Assembly: GCF_000142905.1 (NCBI RefSeq)
Contig: NW_013657670.1
Coordinates: forward strand, 273,498-337,497
Reading direction: 5' to 3'
Length of the DNA: 64,000 nucleotides
Origin: Thecamonas trahens ATCC 50062
Taxonomy: Eukaryota > Protista > Apusomonadida
Of the stretch, positions 55,117 through 64,000 are shown one piece after another. Made by a program: the position numbers and the translations under genes. A model generated the notes under the pieces. It had not been told where the DNA came from and did not search any database. It saw only the letters and a list, made by a program, of their open reading frames with translations. Each line of letters starts with the position of its first letter. The stretch's first letter is position 1.

Positions 55117-55643
55117 GCCAATACGATTCAGCTTACCATGGCAACTCGTGTGATGATGACTTGTTTAACACACTGATGATGCTGGTACCCACCCATATGT
55201 ACGTGGCTGTGGTGTGAGACGCGTTGCCCAACCAATGATCCGGTGACCATTGCCAAGACGATTCAGCTTACCATGGCAACTCGTGTGATGATGACTTGTT
55301 TAACACACTGATGATGCTGGCACCCATAACTACGTGGCTGTTGTGTGAGACGCGTCGCCCAACCAATGATCCGGTGACCATTGCCAAGACGATCCAGCTT
55401 ACCATGGCAACTCGTGTGATGACGACTTGTTTAACACACTGATGATGCTGGCACCCATAACTACGTGGCTGTTGTGTGAGACGCGTCGCCCAACCAATGA
55501 TCCGGTGACCATTGCCAAGACGATCCAGCTTACCATGGCAACTCGTGTGATGACGACTTGTTTAACACACTGATGATGATGGCACCCATAACTACGTGGC
55601 TGTTGTGTGAGACGCGTCGCCCAACCAATGATCCGGTGACCAT
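55117..55643. repeat. Non-coding tandem array, 4 x ~130 bp
   Basis: Unit acgat(t/c)cagcttaccatggcaactcgtgtgatga...ccaaccaatgatccggtgacca. Copies 2-4 start at 55258, 55388 and 55518; copy 1 is more diverged. Confidence 0.95.
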
Positions 55644-55711
55644 CGCGGCGGAGTTGTCGAGGTGCAGCTCCAGGTCACCACACTCACGCACATACACTTC
55701 CAGAAATCAGT

Positions 55712-56212
55712 ATGGCTGCACACGACGACGAGGTGACTGGTGGGGCCGAGGTGACCTTGAGCGGAGGATGCCACTGCGGAGCGCTCCGCTTCCGAATTGC
55801 TGTGGAGCTGTCTGAGGAGGGGGGAGTGCCAGCTGCCGAGTGCAACTGCACCATGTGCTCCAAGAAGGGCTTCCTCCACATCATCGTGCCCGATGCGGTC
55901 ATGCATCGAGAGGAAGAGGAGGGTGCTCTTGGGACGTACACTTTTAACACCCATACTGCCAAGCACCACTTCTGCACCCGCTGTGGTACCTGCCCCTACT
56001 ACGTTCCACGATCTAACCCGGACGGCTGGTCTGTCAACGCCCGTTGCCTTGATCTCTTCACCACCGGCATCGACTTCTCCAAGCTCACCATCACACGCAT
56101 CGATGGCCAGAACTGGGAGTCGGCCGTCGGCGACTCGCTCGCCCATCTCTCCCGCGTCCCTGCTGCCGCCTCCTCCTCATCGACTTCGGCCGTCATGGAT
56201 GACTCGGCCTGA
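55712..56212 (+). CDS. GFA/CENP-V family Zn protein
   Basis: GGCHCGALRF, CNCTMCSKKG, HHFCTRCG, PRSNPDGWSVNARCLD. Confidence 0.92.
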   Translation: MAAHDDEVTGGAEVTLSGGCHCGALRFRIAVELSEEGGVPAAECNCTMCSKKGFLHIIVPDAVMHREEEEGALGTYTFNTHTAKHHFCTRCGTCPYYVPRSNPDGWSVNARCLDLFTTGIDFSKLTITRIDGQNWESAVGDSLAHLSRVPAAASSSSTSAVMDDSA

Positions 56213-56461
56213 TCCTGATCCTGATCCCCCCCTCCCCTCCCCTCCCCTCCCCTCTCCTCTTTCTCTTGCTCATCGTAACACATTATTTGTCAGGTCATTA
56301 ATGCCTAGCCCTGCGCCCTGCCCGATCTCCATCGCCCCGCCCTGATCGAGTCATTGCGTCCCGCGTGCTGGGGCGCAGGCAAAGGCATCCTCAACGCAGT
56401 GGAGGTAAGCAACCACACCTCCCCCGCCCCCCCCCCCCCTCCCCTTTGCACTCCCTATCAT

Positions 56462-58021
56462 ATGGCGACCGTTGTCGTCATCACTCTTGCGCTTGTGCTG
56501 GCTCTGGGCTCTCTGGCGCATGGGGCCGACGTGGCAGAGTTGGCGGCGGCAGCAAGTACGCATGGCACGGTGGAGACAGCGACGGCTTTGACGGGGCTCT
56601 CGGACAAGTTTCTCTCTGTCTCGTTTGATGTGGCCGAGGTGGCCGAGGTGTTCTTCTGGAACACGACCCACACTCCGATTCCGTATCAGAGTCCACGGCT
56701 GGTGGCCCTGGCTAAGGCTCTGACCCCGGCGACGCTGCGGGTTGGCGGGACGGCTGCTGATTGGATGTGGTATGACGTGGATGGGACTGTCCGTCCAGCA
56801 CACGGCTACAAGTACACGCTCAACGCGAGCCAGTGGGACGCGCTCAACGCATTTGCCCATGTTGTTGGCTTTGAGCTCGTCTTTGGCATCAACGCCGGCC
56901 CCGGCCCACGCGCCGCAGACGGATCGTGGGTGCCGCACAACGCCCGGGCGCTGATGGAGTACTCTGCGGCGCGCGGGTACAGCGTTTCTGGGTGGGAGTT
57001 TGCCAACGAGCCAAACCTGTTTGTGGTCAACGACATGGGTCTTGTGCCGCCGACACGGTTTGCAGCCGATATGGCGTTGTTCGAGCCGCTTGTCCGCGAG
57101 GTGTACCCGGCGTCCAAAGTCATCGCGCCCGACGTGGCGTACCAGCTTCCGATCATCGGGGAGGCGTATCCCGAGTTTATGCGTGACTTTGTCCGCGACA
57201 CTGTGTTAGAGTACAATGTGACTCTCGACGTTGTCACCTGGCACTGGTACCCGCTTGTCTCGTTCCGACTCCCGTTCCCGTCCAAGCTCGACCCATGGCT
57301 GGCGACGGTAGCGCGTATCATGGCGCCGCATACGCTCGACGCCATGGACAAGCACATGACCTCAGTCAGCAGCATCATTGCCTCGTACTCTCCAGACGCG
57401 GAGATGTGGCTTGGCGAGACGGCGTCGGCGTCGTACGGCGGGCAGCCGAACGTGTCCAACGCATTTGCCTCGGGCTTCTGGTACCTTGACGAGCTCGGCC
57501 AGATCGCTGCTGCTGGCGGCAAGCGTGTTGTCCGCCAGACACTCACTGGTTCCGACTATGGCCTGCTTGACTGGGTCACGCTTGCGCCGCGCCCAGACTA
57601 CTGGACCGCGCTCCTGTTCAAGCGCCTGGTCGGCGATGCCGTGCTTAGTGTCCAGCTCACCGACGGCCCGCGCGACGCCAGCGGAGACCTGCTCGTTCGC
57701 GCCTACGCGTACTGCGGGACTGAGCGTGACACTGTCGTTGTCACTGCCATCAACCTGCAGCCGGCCACGCCGCTGGAGCTCACCCTCGACTTTGGCGCCA
57801 CGCCGGCGGCCCGTGCTGACTACGTCCTCACTGCGCCGGGCGGCGACCTCGGCTCGACGTCGATGCTGCTCAACGGCAAGTTGCTGGAGCTGAACCAAGC
57901 CGGGAGCCTGCCGGACCTGCCGCCACTGGCAGCAGTGGCGACGACGCCGCTTTCGCTGCCTCCGGCGTCGTACGGCTTCTTTGTCGTCACCATCGACGTA
58001 GCAGCCTGTGGTACCCTCTAG
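56462..58021 (+). CDS. Secreted GH79 heparanase/beta-glucuronidase-like hydrolase
   Basis: Signal peptide, LRVGGTAAD, acid/base WEFANEPN, nucleophile WLGET, RQTL.G.DYGLL, PRPDYW. Confidence 0.92.
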   Translation: MATVVVITLALVLALGSLAHGADVAELAAAASTHGTVETATALTGLSDKFLSVSFDVAEVAEVFFWNTTHTPIPYQSPRLVALAKALTPATLRVGGTAADWMWYDVDGTVRPAHGYKYTLNASQWDALNAFAHVVGFELVFGINAGPGPRAADGSWVPHNARALMEYSAARGYSVSGWEFANEPNLFVVNDMGLVPPTRFAADMALFEPLVREVYPASKVIAPDVAYQLPIIGEAYPEFMRDFVRDTVLEYNVTLDVVTWHWYPLVSFRLPFPSKLDPWLATVARIMAPHTLDAMDKHMTSVSSIIASYSPDAEMWLGETASASYGGQPNVSNAFASGFWYLDELGQIAAAGGKRVVRQTLTGSDYGLLDWVTLAPRPDYWTALLFKRLVGDAVLSVQLTDGPRDASGDLLVRAYAYCGTERDTVVVTAINLQPATPLELTLDFGATPAARADYVLTAPGGDLGSTSMLLNGKLLELNQAGSLPDLPPLAAVATTPLSLPPASYGFFVVTIDVAACGTL

Positions 58022-58043
58022 TAAATGCTGCATCCCTGCTGCC

Positions 58044-58770
58044 TCACATCACCACGCAGCAAGCACAGCCGTTCGACGACGACGGCTGAGGATCGCCGTT
58101 GATGTCTGCCGACGAGATGGCGGTGGCGTTAGCAAAGCGGGCGTGGAAGGCCGCCGACTGCGCCGGCGACATGGCCGAGCCGAGCTCGGCCGGCTTTGCA
58201 CCGAGCTCGGCCTCGACTCGCTCGGTCAGGCTCTTGGCATAGGCCTGTGCCACCGGCGACGCGTAGCGGGTGACCGGCGGGAGGGCGCGGACCGAGGCCA
58301 GGGCGGCATCAGCGGCGGCATTCCCCCCCAGCACCACCCGATGCAGCTGATGCGGCTTCCACTTGTCGAGAGTAGACGAGCGAACAAACGAGAGATGCAC
58401 ACCGATGGCCCGGTGGGTGCCGGCACACCCAATACACAGCATCACACCGAGTGTGACCGAGACCCATGGCGTCGGTGCGCCGGGTGCCCTGCACTCGAAG
58501 CACAGCTGTATGAGCACACACACACACACACACACGCATGAACATGAACATAAAGACAGCCTCAGTAAGTCCCCCCCCCCTCCCCCCCCTCCCCCCCTCC
58601 TCTCCTCCCCCTTTGACCCGTACATTGTTGGCCGCATGTGCATGTAGGTCATGGAAGACCGACGTGACCACACCGGGGTCCACCACTCCGTCACCATCAG
58701 TAGGGTACCTGGCAGCAGCTGCACCACCACCACCACCACCACCACTACCACCAGCACCAGAAGCAGCCAT
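58044..58770 (-). CDS. Small ArfGAP (ArfGAP2/3-like) with a C-terminal CaaX; intron 58506-58623
   Basis: ANN|LCFEC...WVSVTLGVMLCIGCAGTHRAIGVHLSFVRSSTLDKW..GGN, Glo3-like AISSAD, ends CACCVVM. Confidence 0.85.
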
Positions 58771-58864
58771 GTACACCCTTGCTCTTGCACACACACACCC
58801 CGTACAGTGACAAGTGTAGCCACACCCAACTCCCCCCCCCCCCCACGGCACTGAACGCTATTCG

Positions 58865-58964
58865 NNNNNNNNNNNNNNNNNNNNNNNNNNNNNNNNNNNN
58901 NNNNNNNNNNNNNNNNNNNNNNNNNNNNNNNNNNNNNNNNNNNNNNNNNNNNNNNNNNNNNNNN
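58865..58964. other. Assembly gap (100 N)
   Basis: N run. Confidence 1.
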
Positions 58965-58987
58965 ACCCCCCCCCCCCCACCCCACAG

Positions 58988-61843
58988 GCACTGAAAGCTA
59001 TTGCCCTGACCAGACTCTCGCGGCAGGAGGAGGCTTTGGTGTGTGCTCGGTCTGTGGCGCTCCGTGGGCCGACAGACCCGCATCTGCTCGACTTGCTGAG
59101 GCATACCTTCAAGGCCCTCGGCCATACCGCTACTCTGGTCGCGCTCAACGCTCATGCCTTTGCTGCTGATCGCTCATCTGTCAAGCTGGCTGAGAGCTTG
59201 CTCAATGCTCAGATTGTCCACGGTGCTTACTCGGACGCTGCTACTACTGCTATGGCTCTCAAGAAGCTCGGGCTCAAGTCGGGCGCAACCGTCTCGACCG
59301 TCGCCCGCTGGATCGATGTGGCCACGGCTCGTGCGGCAGAGTCTCGTGGCCTGCCACCGCCCTCAACCTCGGCAACCATCAACGCTCAGCTTGTCCCGCG
59401 TCTCCTTCCAGCTCTGGCCTTTGATGATGTTGAGACCGCGCTCTTTGCCGCCAATGCCCTCTCTGACCTCGACCTCCATGCCGAGGCTCTTGATCTCCTC
59501 GCTCGGCCGGACGTGGCAGACCTTTTCAAGATCACCGACGAGATTGTGGCGCTGCAGGCTGCTGCTGCTTCCCGAGTCGGCTTTGTCTCGCTCGCAGCGG
59601 GCATGTACGCCGCGCTACTCGAGGACTCGCGGGTCGACAACTGGGTCCACGTTGTTGGATATGTCGAGGCCGTCCTGGCCCTGGCTGCTGCTCCCGATGC
59701 GAGCCTGCCCGAGGCTTCCCCTGCTGCCGCGCTACTCGAGCGCTATGGCAGCCGCGCGCCGGCGAACCTCGCCGACGCGTACACTTTTGTCGCCCAGCTC
59801 GCCGAGTCGTGCCTGGCCGAGGGCGTGACTCGCCGCAACCCATCGATGATGGAGCTTGAGCTGCTGCGGGCAGCATTGATCGCCGGGCGGGTTGATGAGC
59901 TTGCAAGTGTCCTGGACGAGCCTGTGCCGGCCCGCATCCTTGTTCTTATTCTCCGCCACTTTGACGCTTTTGCCACCAAGCCGGTCTGCCTCGCAGACCT
60001 CTCGCGCTACATCGGCATGGTGGCCGAGCCCGAGGCAGTGGTCGACACGCTTGCTGCCTCTGGCAAGGCCTCGATCGAGTCCGCTGCCGGCTTGCGGGCG
60101 ACGTTTACGCTCGAGGCGCTGCGCCTTCGGCTCGGACTGGTCGACGGCGTCCAGCGGCTGGGCGTGTGGCTAGGCCACTACGCCGCCGGGCGCGCGCTGC
60201 CTGGTGTCAAGCGCGAGCGTGGCGAGCGGCTGCCGTCGGACGACTTTCTCCTTCTTGTGGCGCACGTCCTTGCGCAGCGTGGTGAGGAGCACGACGCCGC
60301 GCTGGCGGTTACTGTCCTTGCCAACGGGCTCGAGGCCTCGCCGGACAACTTTGAGCTCCGTGCGCAGCTCATTGCGGCGCTGCTCCGCGCCGGCGTCGCC
60401 GGCCCGGTCTTTGATCTCTACGACGAGCTCGAGCTGAAGCACATGCAGCTCGATACGCTCAGCCACATGGTCTTTCCGGCTGCCGCTCGCATGGGCCTCG
60501 ACGAGCCTGCCGCTCAGCGCCTCTTTGCCATCGTCTCGTTCCACAAGTCGAACGAGATTGACACGCCTGAGCAGATTGTCCGCGCCTTTAGCGACAAGGC
60601 CTTTTCGCGCGCGCCCGAGTTTGCCGCGTTCAAGGACAAGCTCGCGTCTTCGCACCAGCGCTCGGTGGCTGAAACCGAGCTTGCTCTCCTCCAGCTCGGC
60701 ACAGCGCTGAGCTCGACAAGTGCGCTCCGCGACTTTTTCACCGAGCTTGTCATCAACACCGACGAGCCGTACTACGCCGGTCTCCGCAATACCCATGACA
60801 TGGCTGCGCTCATGCGGTTTGACTGCCTGGTTCTCGGTGGCGAGCCGGACGTTCTCCCGCAGGACGCCGAGTCAGCAAGCCTTGTCCGCACCTCGACTGC
60901 CATCATCAAGGCCCAGCGTGCCGGTCTGCATCTTCTTCGTGCCGCGGTCTACGCCTTTGACGCACCGACCGAGCTGCCGGGCATGTGTGCCCGTGCCGCC
61001 AAGGCGGCGCTCGCCTCGCTTGCCGGGCCGTCGGGTGGCAAGAAGAAGAAGGGTGGCAAGAAGAAGAAGGGTGGCAAGAAGAAGGCTGCCGCGCCACCCG
61101 TGCAGGCCGAGCCTGCGCTGGAGCTGCCGGAAGAGGGCGACGCGCCGATGATGCTCGGCGGCGCCGAGGCCCTCGAGGCAGCCATGGCGGCCTACGCCGG
61201 CGCCCTTGATGTCGTCAGTCCGCAGAGCAAGGCCGACGTCCGTGGCGTGAGCGAGATCCTCAATCTTGCTGGCCGTGCCACCCTAGCCATGGTCACCGCC
61301 GTTCGCGCCGACGAGCTCACCGCTGAGCTTGCCGGCGACGCCGTGGCGGCGATTGACAGCCTCCGTGCCGCTGTTGCGCAGTCCGAGTGGGCGCTCAAGC
61401 TTGCGCCGCAGGTGGAGGACTCGCCGCTCTGGCCGCTGACGGCTGGACCTGCCGTCTACGACTTTGTGCACTACACGTTGGGTGTGGTGGGAGTGCTCGG
61501 CTCGCTGTGGGCGACCAAGATGCCGCGCAAGGTCGGCAGGCTCTCCGAGTCGGCGCAGGCAGGCTGGGCCGACATCAAGGCTGCACTTGCGGCTCTGCGC
61601 GACGACGCTGCCGATGCCGCCCAGGGCGTCGCCGCCGCCGTCGACTCTGTGCGCAACGCGCCGGACCTTACTGACGCGGACATCCTCCCGGCATCGGTCC
61701 GCACCGGCGCTGGGCTCGACTCGGAGCTCTTTCCGGGCGCCACCGCCACTGCGCTCTTTGCCGCCGGTCGCGCTAGCTTTGTTGACGCGATGGCGACCGC
61801 AGTCGCCAGCCGCATCCAAAGCCTCGCCTTTACTCTTGGTTGA
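58988..61843 (+). CDS. NAA25: NatB auxiliary subunit NAA25/MDM20 (first exon not visible)
   Basis: The exon after CACAG starts ALKAIALTRL. FATKPVCLADL, GLEASPDNFELR, YDELELKHMQLDTLSH, FKDKLASS. Confidence 0.88.
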   Translation, partial: ALKAIALTRLSRQEEALVCARSVALRGPTDPHLLDLLRHTFKALGHTATLVALNAHAFAADRSSVKLAESLLNAQIVHGAYSDAATTAMALKKLGLKSGATVSTVARWIDVATARAAESRGLPPPSTSATINAQLVPRLLPALAFDDVETALFAANALSDLDLHAEALDLLARPDVADLFKITDEIVALQAAAASRVGFVSLAAGMYAALLEDSRVDNWVHVVGYVEAVLALAAAPDASLPEASPAAALLERYGSRAPANLADAYTFVAQLAESCLAEGVTRRNPSMMELELLRAALIAGRVDELASVLDEPVPARILVLILRHFDAFATKPVCLADLSRYIGMVAEPEAVVDTLAASGKASIESAAGLRATFTLEALRLRLGLVDGVQRLGVWLGHYAAGRALPGVKRERGERLPSDDFLLLVAHVLAQRGEEHDAALAVTVLANGLEASPDNFELRAQLIAALLRAGVAGPVFDLYDELELKHMQLDTLSHMVFPAAARMGLDEPAAQRLFAIVSFHKSNEIDTPEQIVRAFSDKAFSRAPEFAAFKDKLASSHQRSVAETELALLQLGTALSSTSALRDFFTELVINTDEPYYAGLRNTHDMAALMRFDCLVLGGEPDVLPQDAESASLVRTSTAIIKAQRAGLHLLRAAVYAFDAPTELPGMCARAAKAALASLAGPSGGKKKKGGKKKKGGKKKAAAPPVQAEPALELPEEGDAPMMLGGAEALEAAMAAYAGALDVVSPQSKADVRGVSEILNLAGRATLAMVTAVRADELTAELAGDAVAAIDSLRAAVAQSEWALKLAPQVEDSPLWPLTAGPAVYDFVHYTLGVVGVLGSLWATKMPRKVGRLSESAQAGWADIKAALAALRDDAADAAQGVAAAVDSVRNAPDLTDADILPASVRTGAGLDSELFPGATATALFAAGRASFVDAMATAVASRIQSLAFTLG

Positions 61844-63236
61844 GGATCAGCGGGGCCAGGACGCCGCGAATGGCCGATGGCCGGCGGGCTCCCTGCCTCC
61901 GGTTGTGCGACGTCGGCGAGTCAAACGACGAGATCATCCACCCTTTTGTCGGCGAGAACTCGGTCGGCGACTCGGGAACGGGAACCTGCGGCCGCAGCAG
62001 CTTTTTGGCCGGCCTCGTCGTAGGCGGCGACTCGGGAACAAAGACCGACGGTGAAGCCGCAATCGTAAATGAGGCTGTCCGTGGAACAAACGGCGACGCG
62101 AGTGTGTACGCGGCACGCGCAGAGTGCGGCGCCGACGGTGAGCTGCTGAGCCGCTGCTTCTTGCGTACCTTGCCCAACAGGCCCGGCAGTGGCGTCTCTT
62201 CGCGCGGCGTCTCAAACTGAGCGAACGTCCTCAGCAGATTGGGCGTTGGCGTTGGCATTGCCGGTGCTCGCGACGGCGCTCGTCGTGGACGGTGCGACGG
62301 CGAGTCGCTTGATGGACTGCTGGGGCCCGCCGCGTCCGCGGCCTTGATCAGCGCCGCGGTGAACGGGGTGAGGGCGAGTGGCGTGGCGAGCGACATGCCA
62401 CTTGCGCTCAGCGCTGCGGTTGCAGTCGGCGTCGTCGGCAAGCATAACGCCCCGCTCTGGGTCATCGACATGCCCAGTGAGGCTGAGAGTCGCGAAACAG
62501 AGGCCTGCAGTGTGTTGGAGAGCTGTGGCGAGTATGCGGCGGCATACGGTGACGTCGGCTTGCGCGGCGAGGTGATGCGCGCCACGCTCGGCGGCGACGC
62601 CTGCAGAGCATCGGCACAGGCCTGTAGGAGCGCCACAATCGCCATCGAGTACGCACCGGTGAGAGGCGGGCCCATCCGGACAACCGTGTCCTCGGTTGTG
62701 GACAGTCCGAGGCTATCAAAGGTGGCCATACCGTCGGGAACCCGCGCCGCAGCACGGGCGACGGCGGCAAAGCGGCCGCCGGGCAGGGCGATGACTTTGC
62801 CGCTTCCACCAGCAGTGGTCCTCGTGGCGCCTGTCTGAGCAGCGGAGGCTCCCGTCCGTGGGGCGGGAATCACAAACTGGAAGAGCTTGCCCACAAAGAA
62901 GGTCTCGACGGCGGTGCGGACAAGGTCCGGGGCGTAGCCTGCGGCAGCGCGGGCAAAGGTCTCTGCCGAGGCGCCAAAGCAGGCGTTGAGCGAGTCGCCA
63001 AAGACCACCAGCGTCCTCGGCTGGGGTGAGGCTCCGTCGGTGACGGCAAAGGCCAGGCGGTAGCGATACCACACAGGACACCCGCGCCTTCTACAGCGGC
63101 GGCAGTCTGCCCGTGGAGTGCCTCCAGACCCTCCCGTCGTCGTCACCACCGTCTTCCGTCGGCACGCCGTACACGCCGGGTACATCGGACCACCCGCGTA
63201 CATCACCTTGAGCACCGTCCCTGTCACACGCGGCAT
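61830..63236 (-). CDS. DDIAS: DDIAS/noxin-like protein (RPA1-C-type Zn OB-fold plus Ser/Pro-rich tail)
   Basis: YPACTAC...CRRC...YRYRLAFAV...VVFGDSLNACFGASA...AVETFFVGKLFQF matches the recalled DDIAS N-terminal domain. Confidence 0.7.
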   Translation of the reverse strand: MPRVTGTVLKVMYAGGPMYPACTACRRKTVVTTTGGSGGTPRADCRRCRRRGCPVWYRYRLAFAVTDGASPQPRTLVVFGDSLNACFGASAETFARAAAGYAPDLVRTAVETFFVGKLFQFVIPAPRTGASAAQTGATRTTAGGSGKVIALPGGRFAAVARAAARVPDGMATFDSLGLSTTEDTVVRMGPPLTGAYSMAIVALLQACADALQASPPSVARITSPRKPTSPYAAAYSPQLSNTLQASVSRLSASLGMSMTQSGALCLPTTPTATAALSASGMSLATPLALTPFTAALIKAADAAGPSSPSSDSPSHRPRRAPSRAPAMPTPTPNLLRTFAQFETPREETPLPGLLGKVRKKQRLSSSPSAPHSARAAYTLASPFVPRTASFTIAASPSVFVPESPPTTRPAKKLLRPQVPVPESPTEFSPTKGWMISSFDSPTSHNRRQGARRPSAIRGVLAPLILNQE

Positions 63237-63549
63237 GGTGCAGAGAAGAGAGAGAGAAAGGTTTTCGATGTATGGGTTGTGTGGGGGATGAGTGTGGAGG
63301 TCACCACCACGTCTCCCGCCAATGAGGGGGTATGGGGGGGGGGCGCCTTGTCCGTAAAAAGGTCGTGGTTTGCGTCGGTCGCCCGCCCACCCGCCAACCG
63401 CCGGCCGACTGGTCACCTGCCACCGCTGCAGCAGACGGGCAGCACGGGATGATGACATCATGACGCGACAAGCAGCAGGAAAGGGATTGTGCGTGTGCGC
63501 GTGTGTGTGAAAGGGGGGGCGGGCACCCACCTCACTCCCTCCCTCTCGT

Positions 63550-63820
63550 NNNNNNNNNNNNNNNNNNNNNNNNNNNNNNNNNNNNNNNNNNNNNNNNNNN
63601 NNNNNNNNNNNNNNNNNNNNNNNNNNNNNNNNNNNNNNNNNNNNNNNNNNNNNNNNNNNNNNNNNNNNNNNNNNNNNNNNNNNNNNNNNNNNNNNNNNNN
63701 NNNNNNNNNNNNNNNNNNNNNNNNNNNNNNNNNNNNNNNNNNNNNNNNNNNNNNNNNNNNNNNNNNNNNNNNNNNNNNNNNNNNNNNNNNNNNNNNNNNN
63801 NNNNNNNNNNNNNNNNNNNN
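63550..63820. other. Assembly gap
   Basis: N run. Confidence 1.
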
Positions 63821-63886
63821 TATTGAGTCCCTCCCCTCTCTCCCCCTCCCCCCCCCCCCCCCTACTCACACTCCGGCCGCCGCGTC

Positions 63887-64000
63887 ATGTCGTGGGTCAT
63901 CTTCACCATTGCCTCTTCGCTGGTGGTGTACGTGGTGGAGTTTGTCCTCGACCGCCGACAGTCACAAGCACTGCAGGAGAAGACGGTTCCACGGGCTCTT
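63887..64000 (+). CDS. STE24: Probable start of CAAX prenyl protease STE24 (partial)
   Basis: MSWVIFTIASSLVVYVVEFVLDRRQ...VP.AL resembles the STE24 N-terminal Y.WE..L..RQ....P..L. Only 38 codons are visible. Confidence 0.55.
   Translation, partial: MSWVIFTIASSLVVYVVEFVLDRRQSQALQEKTVPRAL

Noticed and set aside
55117-55643. CRISPR-like array
   Set aside because: Whole units repeat with no unique spacers, there are no cas genes, and the context is eukaryotic.
58830-59006. Imperfect direct repeat on both sides of the 100-N gap (ggcactgaa.gctatt)
   Set aside because: It looks like a low-quality contig end duplicating the opposite flank, i.e. an assembly artefact.
1-64000. tRNA, rRNA or transposase genes
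   Set aside because: I recognised no cloverleaf with a T-loop consensus, no rRNA block, and no transposase or reverse-transcriptase motif by eye. tRNAscan-SE would be needed to exclude tRNAs.

Overview
This is a 64-kb, GC-rich, very gene-dense piece of a eukaryotic nuclear genome. Introns are few, short and GT-AG (GTACGT/GTATGT/GTAAGT donors, CTCAC-like branch points), with CA microsatellites and two N gaps. The style suggests a free-living flagellate such as an apusomonad (Thecamonas-like); that is inference only. About 28 protein genes are supported: TRAPPC9, two tandem PH-RapGAP-CNH paralogues, SCAI, dPGM, endosulfine, a MYND-FKBP fusion, a HEAT-repeat protein, a giant coiled-coil protein with a 72-bp repeat, an SH3/PH adaptor, eIF5B, ESS2, a short CEP290-C-terminus-like protein, a CDKN3-like phosphatase, steroid 5-alpha-reductase, a divergent family-A DNA polymerase, CCT6, a multi-pass phosphatidylserine decarboxylase, a GSK3-like kinase, a Rab7-like GTPase, prolyl 4-hydroxylase, GFA/CENP-V, GH79 heparanase, ArfGAP, NAA25, DDIAS and the start of STE24. 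Non-coding highlights are an intronic box C/D snoRNA (snR38/SNORD1-type guide) in CCT6, a ~310-nt cloverleaf with an Sm-like site upstream of the endosulfine gene, structured introns in eIF5B and CCT6, and a 4 x 130-bp tandem array between divergent genes. About nine frameshifts break otherwise intact genes; they are probably homopolymer sequencing errors. All family assignments come from recalled motifs, not from database searches.
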